Positions 33,746 to 44,881 are shown, counted from the first letter of the stretch. The stretch is DNA of 64,000 nucleotides from Rhynchopus sp. YZ270_cl-10 (GCA_964035575.1 OZ037835.1:1674001-1738000), one strand, 5' to 3'. Notes: generated from the sequence alone by a model not told the origin. Made by a program: numbers and translations.

Positions 33746-33751
33746 GTGTGG

Positions 33752-33924
33752 ATACGTCTGGAAATGAAAGACGCGTTTCTTCGGGTGTCATTGGGTCTTA
33801 CCATTTCCCCTTCTCCCCCTTGGTTTTTCGGGGGTGTTTTCGGGTTTTCGGGAGTTTTCAAAAAAAAAGATGCCATCAACAAACAACAAACAACGAATAA
33901 ATAAAGAAGTGGGTATTTCATTTT
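33752..33924 (+). mobile_element. Short A+B derivative of the YR retrotransposon ends (SIRE-like)
   Basis: atacgtctggaaatgaaagacgcg.. (A) fused to gatgccatcaacaaacaacaaacaacgaataaa..gggtatttcatttt (B). Confidence 0.85.
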
Positions 33925-34566
33925 CAGCATAGTCGAATACTATGGCACCATGTCCACCACGCAAATGACACCCTCCATCCCCTATCCTTCATCCTCATCT
34001 TCTCCACAACAGGCACACAAAACACAATACAAAAACCAAAAGGCAATCCACTATGCTTCTGCCCCTGCCCCTGCCCCTGCCCCCACAATTTTAATTTCTG
34101 TTCGGCACATTCTTTTTTTTACCCCCCCTCCCATCCATCACTCAATTCTTCCCAAGCGTACATTTATACGAGAGAGAGTTCCTTCCCATACGGTTGCCAA
34201 TCACCCCCCTCCAAGGTACATTGAGCAATCAACGAAAAAAACCTTCTCTCCTTTTTTTACTTTTCTTTGTGATGCAAACCTAAATAGATTATTAGAAACT
34301 TTCTTTTCTCACGCACCCTACCCCTGCCCAGAGGTGGACCCAATCACGTTATTTTCACGCTACTTTCATTTTCTTTCTTTGTGACCAAGCAACTAGAGGC
34401 TAAGTCACATCTCTGACACAACCTTTTTCTCTCTTCGTGCTGTGCTTTTTTTTTTTCAATATTCGGGAAAAATAAAAATATTCCTAACTATTTTTTGCCC
34501 ATTTTTTTTACACATTTCCCCCCAATTTTCTTTTCTCAAAAAAATTCCATTTTCCCTCCTTTTCCC

Positions 34567-37362
34567 ATGAGCGGCAACGATGTGGAGATGGCTCATACCA
34601 CCACTGCTTCGCCCCCGCCCCCGGACCCGGAGCTGGTGCCCTACCCCTGCCTTCCTGATGCCCATTCTTGCGGATCCACTCCCACCGACTCTAGCCTGCC
34701 CACTTCCAACACACTTCACCCCCTTGCGAAACGGAGCTCGACGTTACATCCCGATACCACTTCATCGACGGTATACATACAACAGGAAGGGAATACGGGA
34801 ACCGATAGAGGTGACGGTATTGCATCAAAGCGAGCACTGCCAGCGTCGTGGACCACACCGACTGCTTCGCTTTTGCTAGGTCCTTCTTCGAATTCTACGA
34901 AGATAATAAACGAGACAAGAGAATGTGGTCCAGAAATGGATTTCTCTTCACCCACTGTAGTCTCGGTTGGTCTGAAACGATCAGAACTACAGAATGCATC
35001 CGGGGTTGTCACATCGAACCTTGCTGGTGCACAGTGTGCAGAAGTGTCACCGCCTGCAACCGTATTGGAGGATGGATCTGATGCATTTACACCACGCACG
35101 CCGCCACTCAATGCGACGCTTGAAGTACCACCACCTAACCTTACGCAGAAGGCGACGCAGAGGCGGACAACACTTTCCTCCTCATTGACAGTGGAGCAAT
35201 CTCAGAGCAGCGCTGTTGTGACATCGCTATCGGCACAGCGGGATGTGTGTATAGCACTACAGAAACCTGATGTATTTACACCAGGCAGACCAGCACTCAA
35301 TACCACGGTTGAAGCGCCACCACCTAACCTTACAGAGAAGGCGATGCAGAGGCAGACAACACTTTCCTCCTCACTGACAGTGGAGCAACCTCAGAGTGTT
35401 TTGACATCGCTAACGTCACGATCTGCACAGAGGGGTTTGTCTTTAGCACTACAGAAACCTGAGGTATTTACACCAGGCAGACCATCGGTCGAAGCACCAC
35501 CTAACCTCACAGAGGTGGCGCCGCAGAGGCAGACAACACAGTCTTCAACACTGCGTTCACCGCTGTCCACAGCGCAGAAGGCGGCCTCCTTTTTGTCACC
35601 CCCATCGTCACGACCGACACCACAGCGGAATGCGTCAGCACTGCGCTACGGAAGCCTGCCGACGGCCTTCTCTACAGCGCTGTCTGCAGACAACCCGGAG
35701 CAGTTTCGAGCAGAGCGTGCATCCGGACCTACGCTGTTCCGTGAGTACATAGTGCGAGGGTGCAGTGCGTCGGGCCAGGGGCTGCTCTCTGAGGCATGCG
35801 CTGAAGGGGCGGTGAGAATGGTGGAGTACCTCTCGGGGGTCTACCCTGGTGCGCTGTGTGTGTCCGACTGTGAGGGGCAGACACCGCTGCACGTTGCGGC
35901 AGCGGCAGGGGTTGTGGGGATGTTCCACATTTTTTTCCCACAGGAGGTGCCGAATGTGCGTGCAGGTCGTGTCGTGCGCTGCGCTCGAAGGGCCTGCACG
36001 ATGCAGGATGTGTCCGGCAGGACCCCATTGCACACCGCGATCTTTGAAGCAAACTTTGCTTCTGCGCAGATCCTTGCCATGCATGCGTCGGTTCAAAGCT
36101 TTACCCTCCCCGATTCTGACGGTCGAACCGTTCTAGCCCTCTTGCAGAGCGGTGATAAAGAGGCACGAAAACTTTTCGAAACCATTATCATTCGGCTTTA
36201 CGTTGCGGTCCACGGTGCGCCTTTACCGGGTGCAGAGTGCATATGGAAACGCATCAAGAAACGGAAGAAGACAGACGGCATTCACATTGATTCGATTCAC
36301 GTACATTCCAGCGTTTCGTCTTCCTCCTCTGGCACTGCCAGCACAGCGTCGCTCTCAACGATACAAACAACCGGCCTATCCGAAGCCGTATACGACTCTG
36401 ACAGTACCTCCGCAGATGGTGCCTCAGATGCAGAAGAAAGTGACGACGTTGCGGATCCCTCTCTTCTCCAGGCGCTTCTCTTCCAAAAGGATTGTTGCGG
36501 ACAGTACGCTGTGCCCCCTGCCATGTGGAAGCAGGTGGTCGCAACAACAGAGGAGAGGCAGGTCGCGTTGTTTGTGTTGTCAGCATTTCTGGCGGAGGGT
36601 GCTGGGTATACAGTAGACGTGGGGAGCGATGATGTGGATGAGATGCTGGAGCAGCATGGATCCGAATGGATTGATGTGATCGACCTCCTGGTGCTCTGTG
36701 GTTCCGTGGCATACCCCGGGAAGGCTGTGCTCGCTGTGGTGTCTGGTCTGCTAATGTGCTTCGACATTGCATCGGATTATGCGGTAGTAGCGTCGCTCCT
36801 CTGGAATGCGCAGTTCCTGTGGGGGGCTCTCAGTGCGGTGGTCGCTGTGGTGTCTCAGATCGTTTCCTTTGTGTGTCTCCTTCATTTACAGCGGAATGTG
36901 AAGTACCGTCACGCATTTGAGTTCATGCCGTCCAGCTACCTCCGCCTGCTTCCGTTTGTGTATGAGTGGAAGCTCTGCAAATCAGCAGGTCTAAACCTGT
37001 GGAATGTGACATCATTAACCAAGACGAAAAGCCTGGAAGGTGTGGTCACAGCATTAGCCTTCATCGAGGCCTTAACGGAGAGTGCACCGCAGTGCGTGCT
37101 GCAGACGTTGATCTTTTACAGTGATGAAAATGCAGGAGAACCAATTGTGCTCTACGTGTCTATTGCGCTGGCGGCAGCTTCTGTAGCAAAGGCGGTGGGG
37201 ACGTACGTTGTGTTCAAATGCAGGAATAAGGCAAGTCTTCTTGGGGTGCTGCCGGCAGGGCAAACGCTTGGCTTTGCGGCGGCGGTGTTGGCGGACAGCG
37301 ATGTGGACAATACACTACGCGATGGGGAGGAAGGTGCCTCGTCGGGGGGTATTACAGAGTGA
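34567..37362 (+). CDS. Protein with disordered repeat N-terminus, ankyrin repeats and C-terminal XK-related-like membrane domain
   Basis: Ankyrin motifs GQTPLHVAA, GRTPLHTAI, GRTVL. Hydrophobic helices with FDIASDY and EALTESAPQCVLQ, the XK-related signature. Confidence 0.75.
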   Translation: MSGNDVEMAHTTTASPPPPDPELVPYPCLPDAHSCGSTPTDSSLPTSNTLHPLAKRSSTLHPDTTSSTVYIQQEGNTGTDRGDGIASKRALPASWTTPTASLLLGPSSNSTKIINETRECGPEMDFSSPTVVSVGLKRSELQNASGVVTSNLAGAQCAEVSPPATVLEDGSDAFTPRTPPLNATLEVPPPNLTQKATQRRTTLSSSLTVEQSQSSAVVTSLSAQRDVCIALQKPDVFTPGRPALNTTVEAPPPNLTEKAMQRQTTLSSSLTVEQPQSVLTSLTSRSAQRGLSLALQKPEVFTPGRPSVEAPPNLTEVAPQRQTTQSSTLRSPLSTAQKAASFLSPPSSRPTPQRNASALRYGSLPTAFSTALSADNPEQFRAERASGPTLFREYIVRGCSASGQGLLSEACAEGAVRMVEYLSGVYPGALCVSDCEGQTPLHVAAAAGVVGMFHIFFPQEVPNVRAGRVVRCARRACTMQDVSGRTPLHTAIFEANFASAQILAMHASVQSFTLPDSDGRTVLALLQSGDKEARKLFETIIIRLYVAVHGAPLPGAECIWKRIKKRKKTDGIHIDSIHVHSSVSSSSSGTASTASLSTIQTTGLSEAVYDSDSTSADGASDAEESDDVADPSLLQALLFQKDCCGQYAVPPAMWKQVVATTEERQVALFVLSAFLAEGAGYTVDVGSDDVDEMLEQHGSEWIDVIDLLVLCGSVAYPGKAVLAVVSGLLMCFDIASDYAVVASLLWNAQFLWGALSAVVAVVSQIVSFVCLLHLQRNVKYRHAFEFMPSSYLRLLPFVYEWKLCKSAGLNLWNVTSLTKTKSLEGVVTALAFIEALTESAPQCVLQTLIFYSDENAGEPIVLYVSIALAAASVAKAVGTYVVFKCRNKASLLGVLPAGQTLGFAAAVLADSDVDNTLRDGEEGASSGGITE

Positions 37363-37845
37363 TGGGGTTGAAGGGAAAAGGGGGAAAGGTTGGGAGGAGG
37401 GGAGAAGGGGTGGGCTTTTGATGGGAACAGAGGTGAGTGGGAGGTGAGAGCAGATTGCATGTGGGTCAATCTCAAAACCTCGCCTCATCGGTTCCAGACC
37501 GTTTTGATGTTCTGTGGGGTCTGAGCACCCACACATGCCATAACCTCCCTGGAATAGATGTTTATTATTGATATCTGTTCGCAAAGGTGTGGACAATAGA
37601 GTCATAGTACACGTTCAACTCATTGCTTTTGACATTGGCACTTCTTTTTAGAATCAACAGAGTGTGCTTTTCCGTACTTCGTTATTTATTGTTTGTGTTG
37701 TTTTTCTTGCTGCGTACACCCATCGTCACCCCAAATGAATATGTTATAAAAAAGACAGCAGATGTGCAGTGTTGTTTCTTTCCACACACCTTCTCCACCT
37801 CATCACACCAATACAACAGGACAAAGGCTTTGGTTATAAGACAAT

Positions 37846-38808
37846 ATGGATTTGACCATCAAAGGGTTGAACGGAGTGAAGCATACGGTCGAGCTGGGTG
37901 AGGATGACACACCTGCGGTGATGCGTCGGAAGGTGGCGTCTGCGGTGGGGTTGCCTGAAGACGGCTTTGTGATGAGTTTCGGTGGGGAGGCGATGGACGA
38001 AGGATACGACATGACGCAGCTGAGTGCTGGAGACACAATCGAGTTGTCGACGGAGAAGAAGGTCGAGGCCAGAGCAGCACTTCATGCGTTGGGTGAGAGG
38101 GACATCACTGCAGAGAGGCTGGTGACTGTGGAGGATCCTGAGGTGGCGTGTTTGCTTCTGCAGGCGGAGGTTGCGACTGTCATTCCGAATCAGTTCTTGG
38201 CACAGACATCGTTAACAGCACTTGATCTGAGTGCTGTGTCGTGTGTGACGGAGATTCGTGATCAGTTTCTTTACGGATGCATATCGTTGACAAGCGTCGA
38301 CCTGTCTGGGATGACACGTCTCACGCGGATTGGTAGCAGCTTTCTTGACGACTGCAGCAGCCTCACAGCAGTGGACTTATCACCACTTCGCAGTGTTACT
38401 CACATATGTACAGGCTTTCTTCAGAACTGCACCAGCCTCACAGCAGTCGACTTATCGCCACTTCGCAATGTTACTCAAATTGGTACAAGCTTTCTTAGGA
38501 ACTGTACCAGCCTCACAGCAGTGGACTTGTCACCACTCAGCAATGTTACACACATTTACAAGTGGTTTCTTTTGAACTGCAGCAGTCTCACAGAACTAGA
38601 CCTGTCACCACTCAGCAGAGTTACGCACTTTGATGAGAATTCTGCTTACAACTGCACTTCGTTGAGGAGCATCCACCTTGGCGGCTGCAGCAGTGCTGTG
38701 TCGAGTCGAGTACGTGAAGGCAAGCTGAAGAAGTATGTGGTTGACGCACCTCCGACACGTGGCAGAGACAAGGCGAAAGCAACCGTGCCTCGCTGCAGTG
38801 TTTCGTAA
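37846..38808 (+). CDS. UBL-LRR protein with a different UBL allele, first LRR type (5 modules), CaaX (PRCSVS)
   Basis: Intact 320-aa ORF. Linker and C-terminus nearly identical to the 9144 copy, while the UBL is divergent (MDLTIKGLNGVKHTVELG). Confidence 0.85.
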   Translation: MDLTIKGLNGVKHTVELGEDDTPAVMRRKVASAVGLPEDGFVMSFGGEAMDEGYDMTQLSAGDTIELSTEKKVEARAALHALGERDITAERLVTVEDPEVACLLLQAEVATVIPNQFLAQTSLTALDLSAVSCVTEIRDQFLYGCISLTSVDLSGMTRLTRIGSSFLDDCSSLTAVDLSPLRSVTHICTGFLQNCTSLTAVDLSPLRNVTQIGTSFLRNCTSLTAVDLSPLSNVTHIYKWFLLNCSSLTELDLSPLSRVTHFDENSAYNCTSLRSIHLGGCSSAVSSRVREGKLKKYVVDAPPTRGRDKAKATVPRCSVS

Positions 38809-40498
38809 AGAGCGACAGGAGAAGCTAGGCAAGGAACGTAGAGCAGCTCCGCTGTGACAGCTGCTTGTCCCATTCTGCGACGTCGGTGTGAGTCTTAGAA
38901 GAAGTGTCTGAATGAGAGTCAGTGAGGCACTCAGAAAACACAGTTGCTTTCTCGTAACTGTGCCATGCCAGCGAACTAAACACCGTGTGAAGCGATCTCC
39001 CTGGAATCGATGTTTATTATGATATCTGTTTGCAAAGGTGTGGACAATAGAGTGATAGTACAGGTTCAACTCATTGCTTTTGACATTGGCACTTCTTTTT
39101 ACACCTCGTCCCGAATTTTTGTCCGAGAATACGATTACTAATTAGTTACTCCACTAAATAAATCGAGCAAAAATATGGTGAACTCAGCGGAGCCCGGTTT
39201 TAAAAGTGCCAAAAACGACCTTTTCGTTTTGACGCGTTGTGAGTTCCTCAAATGCAATTTTGAAGGGTAAAAAATTCGGGTTTTCTAAGCACAAGCAGTG
39301 TTAAGTCAAAAAATTTCGCGAAAAAAAAATAGGTTTTTTTTTGCGTTAAAAGCTCGGAACCCAGAAACGTCCAATGGCGAAGTTTTTTTCTGGTTTCGTT
39401 GCACCCTGTATTTTTACTAAAAAATCGAGACAAAGTGATTTTTACCTGGATTTTTGCCTGTATTTTACTAGGGATTTTCCCTTAGTAAAATACAGGGGAA
39501 TTATCTAACACCTCGTCCCGAATTTTTGTCCGAGAATACGATTACTAATTAGTTACTCCACTAAATAAATCGAGCAAAAATATGGTGAACTCAGCGGAGC
39601 CCGGTTTTAAAAGTGCCAAAAACGACCTTTTCGTTTTGACGCGTTGTGAGTTCCTCAAATGCAATTTTGAAGGGTAAAAAATTCGGGTTTTCTAAGCACA
39701 AGCAGTGTTAAGTCAAAAAATTTCGCTGGGGGGCTCCGCCCCCCAGACCCCCAGTCGCTTCGCCGCGAAGCGCCTGGGGTGGTGCTTGGTGCACAGGATT
39801 AGGACATTAAAGACATGTCCTGCATTTGAGTGGATGTCCAGCCCCGAACTCGTCTGCTGTCAGACGTATTTCTCTTGAGACTGCAATGGAGAAGACGCTT
39901 GCAACAGCTTCATCAACCGCACACGCGAGGAGGAGTGCATGTGTTGCACATATGTCCGGTCAAAGAGATCAGAGAGAGTGCACCAATATATGAGATGTTC
40001 ACACCGTACTTTATACTCGTGAAAAACTATCCCACGCGTGAACATCGAGCATTCTGATTTTCTTTAACGCCGATTCTTTTGAAAATGTGTCAGTAGGGTA
40101 ACCAAGGGGTGATAACAAATATGTACTCCACCAATCGGGTCGAGAAAAAATGTCGTGAATTCTGAGAAGTGGGCCTTCCACATGCGGGTAGCTCACAAAC
40201 AACAAATTCAAAACGCTGTTTGGCCTGCCTGCGACGTTGTACCGAAGGTGCATATGAAGGCCTGTTTTCCAACATCCATACCCCCCCTTTACGGAGGGAC
40301 AACGGGTAGAACCACGGAGAATCGGTTAAGGTGCCACACCAGAAATATTTTTTTGAAATATTTTTTGGGATTGAAATCAGCGGATCGAAATGAGTTAAAT
40401 GTGGGGTCGTAGGCTCAAAAAATTGCATCTGTGGTTTATGAAGTGAACGAGGCCCAGAAGTATACGCCTAACGAGATCTTGTCTGATATGTGAATCGC

Positions 40499-41166
40499 AC
40501 TGTACTGTACTGTACTGTACTGTACTGTACTGTACTGTACTGTACTGTACTGTACTGTACTGTACTGTACTGTACTGTACTGTACTGTACTGTACTGTAC
40601 TGTACTGTACTGTACTGTACTGTACTGTACTGTACTGTACTGTACTGTACTGTACTGTACTGTACTGTACTGTACTGTACTGTACTGTACTGTACTGTAC
40701 TGTACTGTACTGTACTGTACTGTACTGTACTGTACTGTACTGTACTGTACTGTACTGTACTGTACTGTACTGTACTGTACTGTACTGTACTGTACTGTAC
40801 TGTACTGTACTGTACTGTACTGTACTGTACTGTACTGTACTGTACTGTACTGTACTGTACTGTACTGTACTGTACTGTACTGTACTGTACTGTACTGTAC
40901 TGTACTGTACTGTACTGTACTGTACTGTACTGTACTGTACTGTACTGTACTGTACTGTACTGTACTGTACTGTACTGTACTGTACTGTACTGTACTGTAC
41001 TGTACTGTACTGTACTGTACTGTACTGTACTGTACTGTACTGTACTGTACTGTACTGTACTGTACTGTACTGTACTGTACTGTACTGTACTGTACTGTAC
41101 TGTACTGTACTGTACTGTACTGTACTGTACTGTACTGTACTGTACTGTACTGTACTGTACTGTACT
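40499..41166. repeat. (ACTGT)n microsatellite, ~133 copies
   Basis: Direct reading. Confidence 0.98.
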
Positions 41167-41174
41167 CCCAATCC

Positions 41175-41480
41175 CCTGTGTATACTGTGTATGTGTATAC
41201 TGTGTATACTGTGTATACTGTGTATACTGTGTATACTGTGTATACTGTGTATACTGTGTATACTGTGTATACTGTGTATACTGTGTATACTGTGTATACT
41301 GTGTATACTGTGTATACTGTGTATACTGTGTATACTGTGTATACTGTGTATACTGTGTATACTGTGTATACTGTGTATACTGTGTATACTGTGTATACTG
41401 TGTATACTGTGTATACTGTGTATACTGTGTATACTGTGTATACTGTGTATACTGTGTATACTGTGTATACTGTGTATACT
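41175..41480. repeat. (CTGTGTATA)n minisatellite, ~33 copies
   Basis: Direct reading. Confidence 0.98.
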
Positions 41481-42056
41481 ACCTGTGTGTGACCATACCC
41501 CAGATGGTCTAACGAGTGATATGAGCATATTCTCCAGGTACAATATATACCCGGAGAATCCATTGGAGCAAGAATTTTGCACTTTTGAGCATCACAGATT
41601 ACATGTTGCCATTTTTGCGGTCATAATATTTTTTCAAATGGCAAAGGCAATTCCTTAAGGAATTACAGGGAAAATCACCGTTTTGGGTCTCTCTCTCTAT
41701 GGGTGATTGGGTTTTAGTCACTCAACGAATCTGGTCGATTTTTTTTGCGTGTTCATAGGTTTTACCAGAAAAATCAATTAGAGCAAGAATTTTACGGTTT
41801 TGAATAGTTGTTCTTTATTTAAAAAAATACCCAGTTTGGACAAAAATTTGGGATTGAGTGTTAGAATCAACAGAAGAGTGTGCCTTTCCGTACTTCGTTA
41901 TTTATTGTTTGTGTTGTTTTTCTTGCTGCGTACACCCATCGTCACCCCAAATGAATATGTTATAAAAAAGAGAGCAGATGTGCAGTGTTGTTTCTTTCCA
42001 CACACCTTCTCCACCTCATCACACCAATACAACAGGACAAAGGCTTTGGTTATAAA

Positions 42057-42572
42057 CCCCCCTCCCAACTATTGTTTACATACAGGTATTGTTTACATAT
42101 AATTATTCACAGCTATTATTTACATCCAATTACTATTTACATTCGAATTATTTATTTACACCCCCTTTTTTTTGCCGGTTTTTGGTGACGGGGTGCGGAT
42201 TCGTGACCAAAAACACAATTTTTTGGAATTTCCGGAATCTGTCCAGAAAATGGTGGGGCCGATGTTGAAAATTGGACAATTTTTTGACCACTTAAATTTT
42301 GGAAAATATGAGCCCGGTCACTAGGTGGGGCCCATTTTCGGCCAAAAATTTTCACAAAATCCGAGTTTGTAAAATTGACCCTACACCCACATCAATTTCA
42401 ATACTATACCTCACTTCACCTTCGGTTACTATACAGGGGAGGTGTGGAAAATGTAAACAATACATGAGTGATAATTATTTACATGTACTATTTACATTTA
42501 AATTATTTACGTGTATTATTTACATGCACGAATACTATTTACATAAAAATATGTAAACAATAGCTGTGAGGG
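42057..42572. mobile_element. MITE replacing the start codon and UBL domain of a UBL-LRR copy
   Basis: TIR cctcccaactattgtttacata / tatgtaaacaatagctgtgaggg. The left flank matches ~37650-37839 and the right flank matches 38028 onward, so ~190 bp of the gene 5' end is missing. Confidence 0.7.
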
Positions 42573-44093
42573 AGACACAATCGAGTTGACGACGGAGAAG
42601 AAGGTCGAGGCCAGAGCAGCACTTCATGCGTTGGGTGAGAGGGACATCACTGCAGAGAGGCTGGTGACTCGTGTACGCCACGCCTGAAACCGGTAATTTT
42701 TAATATTCATTGCTTTTCTTTACAAGTTGACACAAGATTCTAGATTTTAAGTTGGTTCAACGTCGCATGAGACCAGTTGGCGCAGTCGTTGAACCCTCAA
42801 TTTTTTCATTTTTTTTTCTGGTTTTGGCCCGTGAAACCCTGTGTTACATCAACGCTGGGTTCGCGAGCCTGAAGCCAGGGGTGGCTGCATTCCTTTTCGG
42901 ACCGGGGTGCTCCATCCTATTTTTAAAAACGTTTATCTGCAGAGAGGCTGGTGACTGTGAGTGATCCTGAGGTTGCGTGTTTGCTTCTGCAGGCGGAGGT
43001 TGCGACGGTGATACCTATTGACTTCCTCTGGAAGGCATCGTTAACAGCACTTGATCTGAGTGCTGTGTCTGTTGTGACTCGAATTGAGCACGGCTTTCTT
43101 AGTCAATGCACTTCATTGAGAAGCCTCGACCTCTCTGGGTTGATCTATGTTCCACAAATTGGTTGTGGCTTCCTTCGTGGATGCAGTTCTTTGTGTACAT
43201 TGGACTTGACAGGACTGAGCAGTGTCATACACATTGAGTCCTTCTGTCTTTCTGGATGCAGTTCTTTGCGCACACTGGACTTGACACCACTGAGCAGTGT
43301 CACACAAATTGACAACAGCTTCCTTTATGGATGCAGTTCGTTGTGTACCTTGGACTCGACACCACTGAGCGGTGTGACACACATTAATCACAGCTTCCTG
43401 TATGGATGCAGTTCTTTGCGTACACTGGACTTAACACCACTGAACGGGGTCACACACGTTCAGGCCTACTTCCTGTATGGATGCAGTTCTTTGCGCACAC
43501 TGGACTTGACACCACTGAGCAGGATCACACAAATTGAACACGGCTTCCTTTATGGATGCAGTTCTTTGTGTACACTGGACTTGTCGCCGCTGAGCAGGAT
43601 CACACAAATTAATCACAGCTTTCTTCATGGATGCAGTGCTTTGTGTACACTAGACCTGACACTACTGAGCGGTGTCACCCAAATTGAGCACCGCTTCCTG
43701 TGTGGATGCAGTTCTTTGCGTACACTGGACTTGACACCACTGGGCAAGATCGCACGCATTGAGGCCTACTTCCTGTGTGGATGCAGTTCTTTGCGCACAC
43801 TGCACTTGACACCACTGAGCAGGATCACACAAATTGAACACGGCTTCCTTTATGGATGCAGTTCTTTGTGTGAACTGGACTTGTCGACACTCAGCAGTGT
43901 CACACACCTTGACAGTGGCTATTTTCTTAGTGGATGTACTTCGTTGGAGAGCATCTACCTCACCGGCTGCAGTGATGTTGTGTCGAGCACAGTGAGGAAC
44001 AAACGGGGGGATTTAGAAGTTAAAGAACGTCCAAAACGCAGCAGAGACGAACCACTTGAGGAATCCCGCAAGCGAGTTAGACACGCAGAGTGA
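42571..44093 (+). pseudogene. Disrupted UBL-LRR paralogue, third LRR type (12 modules, LRTLDLTPL), bipartite-NLS-like end
   Basis: 5' end lost, plus a 267-bp insertion at 42670-42936. LRR ORF 42951-44093 is still open and ends RPKRSRDEPLEESRKRVRHAE. Confidence 0.75.
42670..42936. mobile_element. 267-bp insertion with 20-bp target-site duplication (SINE-like?)
   Basis: ctgcagagaggctggtgact at 42650-42669 and 42937-42956; single copy in all paralogues. Confidence 0.85.
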
Positions 44094-44189
44094 CGCCGCC
44101 AGCTGCGCACTGCAACCCTTAAAAGCTGCACGACGCACACCCTCACAGGCCACTCCTCCCGCAAGCACTGACGGAGACGTTTGCAACAT

Positions 44190-44881
44190 TGAAGCAGAAC
44201 GCGATGACTCCGAGACGCACTCTTACGTGGCCAGAACACTTGACAAGTACTTCACAGTAAGCAAACCAATGGCCTTCGATGCTGCACACGAGGCATGCAG
44301 AGGGAACCACGGTGAATGCCTCGTACTGCTTCTTCCGTATGTTGAGACAACGCAGATGGGCTTTGGGATCCTGCTGAGTGAGTGTGTCCACGCAGACCAC
44401 GTTGCGTGCATGGAGGTCCTCTTGCAGCATTGGAAGTCTGTCTGCAACAAAGTGTCGTTTGTCCCGCACGATACACAGCGCGGGTGAGGAGGATGACTGT
44501 CCGGCCATGTGGTCAGACCCTGCAGTGTGTCGTGTCTTGATTGATGCAGGGGCAGACTTACATACAAAAAACGAGATCGAACGGTTGCCTCTGCACACTG
44601 CTTGCGTTTCAGGAGCACTTGACGTTGTGAAGATGTTGGTTGAAGCAGGTGCGGAAGTACGTGACACAGACGGCGAAGAATGCACGTGTCTTATCATTGC
44701 GGCAGAATATGGACACACCGAGATCGTGCGCTATCTTGTGGGCTTGCCAGAGGTGGATGTGAATCACGCAACATACGACGCACTCACTGCGTTGTACAAA
44801 GCCGTGGATGAAGAACGTACAGAAGTGGTGCAGGTGCTGATTGATGCAGGTGCATACCTCGGAGCGAACAGAACAAGATAA
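44190..44881 (+). pseudogene. Ankyrin-repeat gene fragment (frameshifted near 44470-44487, truncated by a repeat at 44871)
   Basis: LIDAGADL, RLPLHTAC..GALDVVKMLVEAGA, LIIAAEYGHTEIVRYLV, TALYKAV..VVQVLIDAGA. No clear start. Confidence 0.75.

Larger units (their letters stand above)
39102..41860. mobile_element. Non-autonomous TIR element (CAC.. ends, TTA duplication; piggyBac- or CACTA-like, unresolved)
   Basis: cacctcgtcccgaatttttgtcc versus ggacaaaaatttgggattgagtg. Empty site ctttttagaatcaacag at ~37644-37660. The left ~215 bp is duplicated at ~39509-39726. Confidence 0.8.

Noticed and set aside
40395..41658. Long ORFs (STVQY, HSI, VYT, CIL repeats)
   Set aside because: Translations of satellites.
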